Assembly (NCBI GenBank): GCA_044344255.1
Contig: JBIJDH010000006.1
Location: 96,001-160,000 of the forward strand
Source: Myxococcota bacterium
GTDB lineage: Bacteria; Myxococcota_A; UBA796; UBA2385
Length of the DNA: 64,000 nucleotides
Direction of reading: 5' to 3'
Part shown: positions 26,244-35,302 of the stretch, one piece after another
Layout: every line of letters starts with the position of its first letter
How positions within the stretch are numbered: the first letter of the stretch is position 1
Notes under the pieces: model-generated
Told to the model about the DNA's origin: nothing
Seen by the model: only the letters and a program-made list of their open reading frames with translations
Database searches by the model: none
Position numbers and translations under genes: made by a program

Positions 26244-29200
26244 TCAGGCCGAGCGGCGCCGCCGGCCGAGCGTGCGGAGGCCGATCAGCGCGCCCAGGAG
26301 CCAGGCGCCGAGGCTCGAGGCGGGGCGCGACGCTGTGACGGCGCAGGCACAACCGCCCTTGCCGTCGCTGGTGCCGCCCTCTTCGGCGGCGCCGTCTGCC
26401 GTGTCCTCCGTGTTGGCGGCGGTGTCTTCGGGGAGGTCGCCGGAGTCATCGTCATTCGACGTGTCCTCGCCGTCACAGTCCTGATCGATCTCGTCTCCGC
26501 CGATCTCGGGCGCCCCCGGCCAGGCGTCGGGGTTGTGGTCATCGCAGTCCCCGGTGGGCTCCTCGGTGGTGGCCACGCCCTCTCCCGCGCAGCTCAGATC
26601 CGCGCTCTCGGCGGTGCTGGTCTCATCGGGGCGGTACCCGTCGTCGTCGAAGTCGAGGAAGCAGAGCTCGAGGCCATCGCAGTCCTGGTCGAGCGCGTCG
26701 TCCACGCCCTCGGCGGCGCCGGGGTTCACGGCTTCGTCCGTGTCCTCACAGTCGGGCTCGGCGGAGGCCGCGGCATAACCCTCGGGCGCCGTACAATCGA
26801 GCGTGCTCCGCGTGGGATCGGTGTAGGTGTCTCCGTCCTGATCGGCAAACCAGTCCACCGCGCCGATGGCGGTGGGGCCGTCCGCCGTGCCGTCGCAGTC
26901 ATTGTCGACGCTGTCGCAGACCTCGGTGGCGTCGGGGTTGACCCCGGCGTCACCGTCGTCACACTCCAAACAGGCCGCGAAGCCATCCGAGTCGGCGTCA
27001 TCGTACGCGACCGAGCCGTCGCAGTTGTAGTCGGTGGGGTCGCTGCAGTCGGTCTCCGACGCGCCCGGGTGAAAGGCAGGGTCGGTGTCGTCGCAGTCCT
27101 CTCCGGGGGCGGAGCCGAGGGCCTCCCCCGGATCTGAACAGTCGAAGTCGAGGGAGTCGACCACGACGTCGGTGTGCCAGCCGTCCCCGTCGCCGTCCGT
27201 ATAACAGAGCTCGCCTTCGTCGCAGTCCTGGTCGATGCCGTCGCCCGTGATCTCCGGTGCGCCCGGATAGACCGTGGCCTGCGTGTCGTCACAGTCCGTG
27301 TCGTCGTCCACGGCGGCCAGGGTCTCGTCGCAGAGCGAGATCGGCGTGGCGGGGTCGCCGAAGGTGTCGGCGTCCGTGTCTACGTAGAAGACGGAGTAGG
27401 TCGCCGCGGAGACCGAGCTGTCGGCGTCGTCGGCCTGACCGTCGCAGTCCTCGTCGGTGTCGGAGGCGTCACAGACCTCCGTGGCGCCGGGGTTCACCGC
27501 CGCGGCGGCGTCATCGCAGTCCGAGCTCGTGGCGGAGTAGCCGCTCGGCAGATCACAGGCGCTGCGGACGGTGGTGCCGCCATACCCATCGCTGTCACTG
27601 TCCTGATACCAGCTGCTCTTTGTGGCCGAGGAGACGGAGCTGTCGGCGTCATCGGCGAGGCCGTCGCAGTCCTCATCGGTGTTGGCGGCGTCACAGACCT
27701 CGGTGGCGCCGGGGTTGATCGCCGCCAGGGTGTCGTCGCAGTCGGTGGCCGTGGTCAGATACCCGGAGGGGATGTCGCAGGTGCTGGTGGTCGAAGTGCC
27801 GGCATACCCGTCGCTGTCGGCGTCGCGGTACCAGGTGCCCTTCGTGGCCGAGGAGACGGAGCTGTCGGCGTCGTCGGACAGGCCGTCACAGTCCTCATCC
27901 GTATTGGAGGCGTCGCAGACCTCGGTGGCGCCGGGGTTGATCGCCGCCTTCGTGTCATCGCAGTCGGTGCTGGTGGTCAAATAGCCGGTGGGCTGGTCAC
28001 AGGTGCTGGTGGTCGTGGTGCCGGCATACCCGTCGGTGTCGGCGTCGCGATACCAGGTGCTCTTCGTGGCCGAGGAGACGGAGCTGTCGGCGTCGTCCGA
28101 CAGGCCGTCGCAGTCCTCATCCGTATTGGAGGCGTCGCAGACCTCGGTGGCGCCGGGGTTGATCGCCGCCTTGGTATCGTCGCAGTCGGTGCTGGTGGTG
28201 AGGTACCCGGAGGGGATGTCGCAGGTGCTGGTGGTCGCGGTGCCGGCGTAGCCGTCGCTGTCGGCGTCGCGATACCAGGTGCCCTTCGTGGCCGAGGAGA
28301 CGGAGCTGTCGGCGTCGTCGGAGAGGCCGTCACAGTCCTCATCCGTATTGGATGCGTCGCAGACCTCGGTGGCGCCGGGGTTGATCGCCGCCTTCGTGTC
28401 GTCGCAGTCCGTGCTGGTGGTGAGGTACCCGGTGGGCATGTCGCAGGTGCTGGTGGTCGTCGTGCCGGCGTAGCCGTCGCTGTCGGCGTCTTGGTACCAG
28501 GTGCCCTTCGTCGCCGAGGAGACGGAGCTGTCGGCGTCGTCGGAGAGGCCGTCACAGTCTTCATCCGTATTGGAGGCGTCGCAGATCTCGGTGGCGCCAG
28601 GGTTGATCGCCGCCTTCGTGTCGTCGCAGTCGGTGCTGGTGGTGAGGTACCCGGAGGGCATGTCGCAGGTGCTGGTGGTCGCGGTGCCCGCGTAGCCGTC
28701 GCTGTCGGCGTCTTGGTACCAGGTGCCCTTTGTGGCCGAGGAGACGGAGCTGTCGGCGTCGTCGGAGAGGCCGTCGCAGTCCTCATCCGTGTTGGATGCG
28801 TCGCAGATCTCGGTGGCGCCGGGGTTGATCGCCGCCTTCGTATCGTCGCAGTCGGTGCTGGTGGTCAGATAGCCGGAGGGCATGTCGCAGGTGCTGGTGG
28901 TCACGGTGCCGGCGTAGCCGTCGCTGTCGGCGTCCTGGTACCAGGTGCCCTTCGTCGCCGAGGAGACGGAGCTGTCTGCGTCGTCCGACAGGCCGTCGCA
29001 GTCCTCGTCTACGTTGGCGGCGTCACAGATCTCGGTGGCGCCGGGGTTGATGGAGGCGTCCGAGTCGTCACAGTCCTCGCTCTCGATGTACCCGTCGCTG
29101 TCCGCGTCTGTCTCGGCGACCCAGACGAGATCGTCCACCACTCCGGAGGCGCCGGTCGCCGTGAAGATCACGTGATCGATGAGGGTGGTGGAGGAGACGG

Positions 29201-30251
29201 AGATGGGCTGGAGGGTGGTGCCGATCGAGATGGAGCTCGAGGTGATCACCCCGCCCGCGCTGTCATAGGCGACGAGGGTGCCGGTCCCCCCTTTATTCGA
29301 CCCCGCGTTGAGGGTCACCGAGGTCGCAGGCGGCGAGAAGGTGAAGGTCTCGGAGAGGCCGGTCGCCGGCCCCCCGTTGTTCCAAGCCAGAAAGTTGGGC
29401 GCTGTGTGGCCCGTTACGCCGAAGTTTCCGCATTCGTTCAAGACCTCGAAGGCGGCCGAGGAGAGCGTCAGACCCACAGAGCTGTAGAAGGTGGCCGGAG
29501 TGGAGGCCGACGAGAAATTGCAGGGCGCCGAGCGATCATCGAAGTTGATCGTGGTGTAGGTCGGGTCAACCTCGATGGGGTATCGGGCGCCCCGGTCGTC
29601 CACCCTCACGCGAAAGCCACCCTCCTCCGCTTCAAAACGAGAGGGCAGGAGCTGGCCATCCGCGTCCCAGGCGAGCAGCCCCGAGACCAGGAGCTGACCG
29701 CCTCCCTCGAGCTGCATGCCGATCTGCTGGGCGCCGACCTGCAGGCTGGCTCCGGTCACCTGAACGCCGAGGCTCAGCTCCCCGCGACCCTCCGGCGCCG
29801 CGGCCAGCGTCCAGCCCTGCTCCAGACCGCCGTCCTTCACGGCCCACCACTCGAGGACCTCGCCGCGCGCCAGCTCCAGCCGAGGGTGGCAGTCGCGGAT
29901 CACACCCTCACAACCTCCGAGCGCGGCGACAGCGGCGCCGGGCTCCACCCCCGCTCCCCCTCGCCCGAAGCCCCCCGGGCGAAGGGAGACCTGCCCGGCC
30001 CCGACATCCAGCAGGACGGCGTCGCCCTCGAAGCGCGCGGTGAACGAGGGCAGCTCTGCGGAGTAGCCGCCGCCCGCGGCGTCGAAGGAGCCGTAGACGG
30101 GCTCTGCCTGGAGCTCGGGGCCGAGGTCGCTGCCGGAGGAGACCCCTGCCTGAACACCGTGAAGCGCTGAGTCTTCGGGGGCCGGAGGCGCGCAGGCCGC
30201 CGCGAGGGCGAGGGGGAGCAGGGAGGACGAGATCAGAGAGATAGATCGCAA
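26244..30251 (-). CDS. Large surface protein: N-terminal YPIEVDP-ending domain, beta-sandwich, long Cys/Asp (MopE-type) repeat stalk, C-terminal MYXO-CTERM
   Basis: Probable TTG start at 30251 after GGAGA; LALAAAC lipobox-like; ends GGCACAV...TM...RRRRSA. Confidence 0.85.
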   Translation of the reverse strand: MRSISLISSSLLPLALAAACAPPAPEDSALHGVQAGVSSGSDLGPELQAEPVYGSFDAAGGGYSAELPSFTARFEGDAVLLDVGAGQVSLRPGGFGRGGAGVEPGAAVAALGGCEGVIRDCHPRLELARGEVLEWWAVKDGGLEQGWTLAAAPEGRGELSLGVQVTGASLQVGAQQIGMQLEGGGQLLVSGLLAWDADGQLLPSRFEAEEGGFRVRVDDRGARYPIEVDPTYTTINFDDRSAPCNFSSASTPATFYSSVGLTLSSAAFEVLNECGNFGVTGHTAPNFLAWNNGGPATGLSETFTFSPPATSVTLNAGSNKGGTGTLVAYDSAGGVITSSSISIGTTLQPISVSSTTLIDHVIFTATGASGVVDDLVWVAETDADSDGYIESEDCDDSDASINPGATEICDAANVDEDCDGLSDDADSSVSSATKGTWYQDADSDGYAGTVTTSTCDMPSGYLTTSTDCDDTKAAINPGATEICDASNTDEDCDGLSDDADSSVSSATKGTWYQDADSDGYAGTATTSTCDMPSGYLTTSTDCDDTKAAINPGATEICDASNTDEDCDGLSDDADSSVSSATKGTWYQDADSDGYAGTTTTSTCDMPTGYLTTSTDCDDTKAAINPGATEVCDASNTDEDCDGLSDDADSSVSSATKGTWYRDADSDGYAGTATTSTCDIPSGYLTTSTDCDDTKAAINPGATEVCDASNTDEDCDGLSDDADSSVSSATKSTWYRDADTDGYAGTTTTSTCDQPTGYLTTSTDCDDTKAAINPGATEVCDASNTDEDCDGLSDDADSSVSSATKGTWYRDADSDGYAGTSTTSTCDIPSGYLTTATDCDDTLAAINPGATEVCDAANTDEDCDGLADDADSSVSSATKSSWYQDSDSDGYGGTTVRSACDLPSGYSATSSDCDDAAAAVNPGATEVCDASDTDEDCDGQADDADSSVSAATYSVFYVDTDADTFGDPATPISLCDETLAAVDDDTDCDDTQATVYPGAPEITGDGIDQDCDEGELCYTDGDGDGWHTDVVVDSLDFDCSDPGEALGSAPGEDCDDTDPAFHPGASETDCSDPTDYNCDGSVAYDDADSDGFAACLECDDGDAGVNPDATEVCDSVDNDCDGTADGPTAIGAVDWFADQDGDTYTDPTRSTLDCTAPEGYAAASAEPDCEDTDEAVNPGAAEGVDDALDQDCDGLELCFLDFDDDGYRPDETSTAESADLSCAGEGVATTEEPTGDCDDHNPDAWPGAPEIGGDEIDQDCDGEDTSNDDDSGDLPEDTAANTEDTADGAAEEGGTSDGKGGCACAVTASRPASSLGAWLLGALIGLRTLGRRRRSA
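27260..29040 (-). repeat. Intragenic 222-bp (74-aa) tandem repeat, 8 copies (6 near-identical)
   Basis: Unit TE(I/V)CDASNTDEDCDGLSDDADSSVSSATKGTWY.DADSDGYAGT.TTSTCD.P.GYLTTSTDCDDTKAAINPGA; antisense ORF starts recur at 28279/28501/28945 (multiples of 222). Confidence 0.92.
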
Positions 30252-30582
30252 GATATCTCCAAGTACGGCGCGCGGCTTGCGAGTCCCGAGCGGTGTGCCC
30301 TGTCGGGGTCGGACGGGGCGGAGCGCAGGGGATCGCTGAACAACGGGCGTGCACCGGTGAGCGTCAACAAGACCGACCCCAGGAGTACCCTGTCGCCCGC
30401 CGCTGGCCCGCAGCTTGCCACCTCGGCCGCCGCGCGGCAAGGGGGAAGAGAGCCGAGCCCGGCGCTGGACCCGTGGACCTGGACCTGCCGTGGGTCATCG
30501 GCGGGCGCGGGAGCGGGGTCGACGTCTGTCCCGCGCCCTCCGCGGGCTACGCGCGTGGCTATGAGGAGGCCATGGAGGTCTC

Positions 30583-31587
30583 ACGGCGGAGCGTGACGAG
30601 GTCGTCCTGATCACCGGCGCCAGCTCAGGGCTCGGCCTCGCGCTCGCTCGCCTCCTCCTCGCGGAGACCGACCACTTCCTGATCCTCACCGCCCGCCGCG
30701 CCTCCCTGGGGCGCTTCGCCGAGCAAGGCATCGTGGAAGGCGAGCGAGTCTGGATCCGCCCCCTCGACGTCACGGACTCCGGCCAGCGCCGCGCCGTCGT
30801 CGCCGAGGCGGAGGACCTCAAGGGCGGTGTCGACGTCCTGATCAACAACGCGGGGGTCTCGTACCGGGCGGTGGTCGAGCATGTCACCGACGAGGAGCGG
30901 CTGGCCCAGATGGACGTGAACTTCCTCGGCCCGATGGCCATGGCCGGCCTCTGCCTCCGCGGCATGCGCTGGCGGCGGCGGGGCCGGATCATCAACGTCT
31001 CCTCGGTCGGCGGGATGATGGCGATGCCGACGATGGCGGTCTACAGCGCCTCGAAATTCGCGCTCGAGGGGGCGACGGAGTCGATGTGGTATGAGGTCCG
31101 CCCGTGGAACGTGCGGGTGAGCCTCGTTCAGCCAGGCTTCATCCACTCCGAGTCTTTTGAGATGACACGCTACACGGGCGCGAGCCGGCGCTCCTCCGAG
31201 GACCCCCTGCGCTCCTACCACCTGCATTACGTGAACATGGAGCGCTTCATCGCTCGACTGATGCGCCTCTCCTTGGCGACCCCGGAGCGTGTGGCGCGTC
31301 GTATCCTCCGCTGTATGCGACAGAGTGACCCGCCGCTCCGCCTGCCCGGGACGATAGACGCCCACCTCTTTACGCTGCTGCGGCGCCTGCTGCCCCGAAC
31401 TCTCTATCACCGCCTGCTCTATGCCTTCCTCCCCAACGTGCGAGACTGGGGCCCGATCCTCCCGATCCGCAGGCCCGGAATGGCCACCGAACCTGTCCCG
31501 GGTACGCGGCCCGAGACCCTCGATGACTTGCCGCTCGGCCCCGGGAGCCCCGGTCCGCGCGCGCGTACTGACCGGAGGGGCCCTTGA
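30583..31587 (+). CDS. Short-chain dehydrogenase/reductase; start codon non-canonical or mutated
   Basis: VVLITGASSGLG (from 30601), LINNAG, NVSS and YSASK motifs; in-frame TGA at 30562 and no ATG/GTG/TTG before the Rossmann motif; ACG at 30583 follows GGAGG. Confidence 0.8.
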   Translation, partial: TAERDEVVLITGASSGLGLALARLLLAETDHFLILTARRASLGRFAEQGIVEGERVWIRPLDVTDSGQRRAVVAEAEDLKGGVDVLINNAGVSYRAVVEHVTDEERLAQMDVNFLGPMAMAGLCLRGMRWRRRGRIINVSSVGGMMAMPTMAVYSASKFALEGATESMWYEVRPWNVRVSLVQPGFIHSESFEMTRYTGASRRSSEDPLRSYHLHYVNMERFIARLMRLSLATPERVARRILRCMRQSDPPLRLPGTIDAHLFTLLRRLLPRTLYHRLLYAFLPNVRDWGPILPIRRPGMATEPVPGTRPETLDDLPLGPGSPGPRARTDRRGP

Positions 31588-31709
31588 TGGAGCTTCGAGG
31601 GGACCCTGTCGGAGACCTCCCGCTGCGGCCCCCGCGGGTCGGTTGAGAGGTGCTTTGCCGGAGGCGACGGCGGACGGCGGCGCTTCGACGACCCCGTTAG
31701 GGGGTCTGT

Positions 31710-34700
31710 ATGGCTGAGCGCGCGCCCACGTGGTCGGACGAGTCGGGCCCAGCCGGCGAGGAGGAGCCCGCGTCCGATGTGACGTCGGAGCAAGCGGGCC
31801 GGTACGTCGGCCCGGGCGGCGGTGAGCCCGCGCTGCTCGGGCGCGGCGGGATGGGCGCGGTGCTGCTGGTGTACGACCGGCACCTGGCCCGAGAGGTGGC
31901 CCGAAAGGAGCTGGCGGCTTCGATCGCGGCGCGGGGGCCCTCTTCAGGGTCGGGGAGCAGCCCCACCTTGGTCGATCGGTTCTTGCGGGAGGCGCGGGTG
32001 ACGGCTCGGCTCGAGCACCCCAACATCGTGCCGGTCTATGAGATCGGTCGCAGCGCGGACGGAGCGCTCTACTACACGATGCGCCGCATCCGTGGGCGCT
32101 CCCTCGCGGATGCCATCGAGAGCGCCCCCTCCCCGCAAGCCCGCCTCGCGCTGCTCCCTCACTTCCTCGCGGTGTGCAACGCGGTGGCCTTCGCGCACAG
32201 CCGTGGGGTGGTGCACCGAGACCTCAAGCCCGCCAACATCATGGTCGGTGAATTCGGTGAGACGCTCGTGGTGGACTGGGGCATCGCCCGCCTGTTGGGA
32301 GACGCTCGGCCGGACGTGCCCGCCCCCGCGGTGGAGACCCTGCTGCAGGATATCGGCGAGACGCGCGTGGGCGCCGTGATCGGCACCCCGGCCTACATGA
32401 GCCCGGAGCAGGCCCAGGGTGCCGAGGTCACCCCTCGTTCGGACGTCTGGAGCCTCGGCGCCGTCTTGCACGAGCTGCTGACCGGGCGCTCACCGTACGA
32501 AGGGGATCCTCGCACCACATTGGCGCGCGCCGTCCTCGGCTTCGTCCCGCCGATCCGACTCGACCCCGGCGTCCCGGCCGAGCTCGCGGCCGTCGCCTGG
32601 CGTGCCATGGCGGCCGCACCCGAAGATCGGTACGCGACGGCGCTGGATCTTGCCGCAGACATCGGCGCGTACCTCGATGGCAGGCGCGTGGCCGCCTACA
32701 CCTACCGGCCGCGAGACGCCCTGCGCCTCTTCGGGCGGATGTACCGGGTCCCGCTGGCGCTCGCCGGGGTGGCCGCGCTGGTGTCCCTCGTGGTGGGCGC
32801 GGCGGCCTTCGTGCGGGTGCGCGCAGAGCGGGATCGCGCGGTCGCCGCGGAGGTCGCTACCGCCGAGGCGTTGGAGGAGGCCCGGCTCCGGGGGCTCGTC
32901 GCGCGGGCCGCAGAGGCGGTCGCGAGGGGAGACCACGGCGCCGCCCTGGCGCTGGAGCGCGCCGTGTACGCCGCGGGCGACGGGAAGACCGGCGGGGCCG
33001 CCGCCGCCGAGGCCTTTCGGCTCATCCAGGAGGGCGCCGGCCTGCACACGCTGCCGGTCTCGGACGGCCCCGTGGCGGACGTACGGTGGGCGCTCGGCGG
33101 CGAGCTGGTGGTGGCGCTCACAGAGGATGGCGCGGTCTCGGCGTGGCGGGTGGCGACGGGCGAGCGGGCGCTGCTGCTCCCCTACGACGACGTGACGCAG
33201 ATGGTCATCCGGTCCGACACCGAGGTCTTGGTGGTGCGGGAGCCGAGTGGAGCTCCGGGTGAGGTCGAACGGTGGGACCTGCGGACCGGGGCGAAGTTCG
33301 GAGGCTGGACAGAGGGCGCCGACGAGGGCGTGAGGTTGGTGGCGCTCTCTCCCGACGGCGGACGGCTCGCCATCGCCCACTTCACGCTCCGCGTCTACGA
33401 CGTGGCGACCGGGCGCCTCCTCTGGCGCATGGAGCGTGACCCTTCCCAGTGGCAGGTCAACGCGGTCGGCTGGGCGCAGGGCGGACAGACGCTGTTGGTC
33501 GGAATCTCCGGCCTCCAGGCGCTGAAGGTCCTCGATGGCGCGAGCGGCGCGGTGCGGGCGTCGCTCTCGACCACCGGCTCGGTGTGGGCGCTCGACGTGA
33601 GCGCGGATGGGGAGCGCGCCGCGGTGGCGGGCGGGGGCGGGTGGGTGTACGCCTGGGAGCTCTCCACCTCGCGCCCGCTCCTGGCTGCGCGGGAGCACGA
33701 GTCGCGGGTGGCGGCCGTCGCCTTCGACGGGGATGGAGGTCGGCTCGCGGCGCAGTCCCTGCTTGGGCGGGTCGTGGTGTGGAGCACCGCGACCGGCGCG
33801 CGCGAGGCGTCGGTGGAGCCCGGGTCGGATGGAGAGTCGGTGTTGAGGTGGACCAGGACCGGCGAGCTCCTCGTCGCGACCCCGGGCCACGTGGCCGCGT
33901 TGGTCTCCCCGCGGACGGGCCAGGTCCGGGCGGCCTCGGTGGGGGCGCTTGGGCCCGTGACGGCCGTCGCGCTGCACGAGGGGCGACTGGCGGTCGCCGC
34001 CGGCGACGGGAGGGTTCGGATCGGCGTCATCCCCGCCGAAGGCGTGCGGGCCCACCTCGCGGCCGCTCACTTGACCCACGTGCGCGCGTCGATGGGCCTC
34101 GCGGTGGCGAGCGATGGTCGCGCGGTGGTGGGATTGGCGGACGGGACCGCCCAGGTCTTCCCCTCGGATGGGGCCCCCGTCCGAGGCGACGGTGCCGCCT
34201 GCCGGCTCGGCTTCATCGACGGGGGCGGTACGCCTGTCGTCCTCCACACGCCGAGCTGCGCGGTGGGTCATGCCACCTGGTTCAGCGGCCCGGTGGGTGT
34301 CGTGCTGCGCCTCCTCTCCGACCCGCCGCGCGTCCTGTTCAGCGAGCCGCCGCAGTCGCCGCCGGAGCACTCGAACAACGGGGGTGCCGCCGCCCTCTCC
34401 CTGGGCGCGGGCTTCGCTGCTTGGGCTCGCCTGGACGGCACGGTGGGGGTCGGCGACACCCGCTCCGGCCGGGTGTGGACCGCCGCGCCGGTCGATGGTC
34501 GGGTCGATTGGCTGGAGTTCTTGGACGGCGGCCGGGTGCTCGCGGGCCAGCTCTCGGAGTCCGAGCGGGCCTTCGCCCTCTGGTCGACCTCCGACGGCCG
34601 GCTCATCACCACGGTCGGGGAGGGCGACTTCGGGTACCCCCTCGGTGGGGAAGGCCCCCAGCTCCTCGCCCCCGACCTCGAGCACGGCACCCTCCAACGT

Positions 34701-35225
34701 TGGGAGATCGAAGGCACCGCGCTCCCGCCGCTGCCGGGCCTCGTCGGCGCAGGGGTCAGCGCGCGCGCGCCGGGAGTCACGGTGCTGGGCGACGACGCGG
34801 GGCGTATTCGGGTGGTCTCGGACACCGGAGGCGCCCCGGTCGACCTCCGCACGGGAGAGGGCGAGGTCCGGGCGCTGGCGATCACGGCCGATGGCGCGCG
34901 GTTCGCACGCGGCTCGGGTGACGTCGTGACCGTGCACGACACCACCACGGGCGCGCTCCTGCAGCGAGTGTCCGTGAAGACCCCGCGCCACCTCCGCTTC
35001 GCGGTGGACGGAATGACCCTGTGGATCGTCGGCGATGAGGTGGTGCTCGAGGTCCCCACGCCCGCCTACGACGCCGCTCGCATCATCGAGGCCTCCGGCG
35101 CCGCCACCAACCTGCGACCTTGTCCCGACACCTTCGACGTCGTCCCCGTGGTGCCGTACCCATCGGTCGAGAGCACCTGGGCGCCGCCGGAGTCCTGCGA
35201 GCGAGCGCCAGACGTGGGCGATTGA
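31710..35225 (+). CDS. Hanks-type Ser/Thr protein kinase with TM segment and C-terminal WD40 repeats
   Basis: LGRGGMGAV, VARK, HPNIV, HRDLKPANI, DWGIA, GTPAYMSPEQ, SDVWSLG; one TM; multiple WD-like blades. Confidence 0.92.
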   Translation: MAERAPTWSDESGPAGEEEPASDVTSEQAGRYVGPGGGEPALLGRGGMGAVLLVYDRHLAREVARKELAASIAARGPSSGSGSSPTLVDRFLREARVTARLEHPNIVPVYEIGRSADGALYYTMRRIRGRSLADAIESAPSPQARLALLPHFLAVCNAVAFAHSRGVVHRDLKPANIMVGEFGETLVVDWGIARLLGDARPDVPAPAVETLLQDIGETRVGAVIGTPAYMSPEQAQGAEVTPRSDVWSLGAVLHELLTGRSPYEGDPRTTLARAVLGFVPPIRLDPGVPAELAAVAWRAMAAAPEDRYATALDLAADIGAYLDGRRVAAYTYRPRDALRLFGRMYRVPLALAGVAALVSLVVGAAAFVRVRAERDRAVAAEVATAEALEEARLRGLVARAAEAVARGDHGAALALERAVYAAGDGKTGGAAAAEAFRLIQEGAGLHTLPVSDGPVADVRWALGGELVVALTEDGAVSAWRVATGERALLLPYDDVTQMVIRSDTEVLVVREPSGAPGEVERWDLRTGAKFGGWTEGADEGVRLVALSPDGGRLAIAHFTLRVYDVATGRLLWRMERDPSQWQVNAVGWAQGGQTLLVGISGLQALKVLDGASGAVRASLSTTGSVWALDVSADGERAAVAGGGGWVYAWELSTSRPLLAAREHESRVAAVAFDGDGGRLAAQSLLGRVVVWSTATGAREASVEPGSDGESVLRWTRTGELLVATPGHVAALVSPRTGQVRAASVGALGPVTAVALHEGRLAVAAGDGRVRIGVIPAEGVRAHLAAAHLTHVRASMGLAVASDGRAVVGLADGTAQVFPSDGAPVRGDGAACRLGFIDGGGTPVVLHTPSCAVGHATWFSGPVGVVLRLLSDPPRVLFSEPPQSPPEHSNNGGAAALSLGAGFAAWARLDGTVGVGDTRSGRVWTAAPVDGRVDWLEFLDGGRVLAGQLSESERAFALWSTSDGRLITTVGEGDFGYPLGGEGPQLLAPDLEHGTLQRWEIEGTALPPLPGLVGAGVSARAPGVTVLGDDAGRIRVVSDTGGAPVDLRTGEGEVRALAITADGARFARGSGDVVTVHDTTTGALLQRVSVKTPRHLRFAVDGMTLWIVGDEVVLEVPTPAYDAARIIEASGAATNLRPCPDTFDVVPVVPYPSVESTWAPPESCERAPDVGD

Positions 35226-35274
35226 CGGGCAACGGAACGTCGGGCACTGGAACGTCGGGCACCGGAACGTCGGG
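35226..35274. repeat. 15-bp tandem repeat x3 directly after the kinase stop
   Basis: CGGGCA(AC/CT/CC)GGAACGT three times, then CGGG. Confidence 0.85.
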
Positions 35275-35302
35275 GGCCGAGATGGGCGACCCCCGAGGCC
35301 GT

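Noticed and set aside
27260..29040. Regular repeats as a CRISPR array or DGR template/variable repeat
   Set aside because: In-frame coding 222-bp units without unique spacers; differences are mostly synonymous, not adenine-specific; no cas or RT genes.
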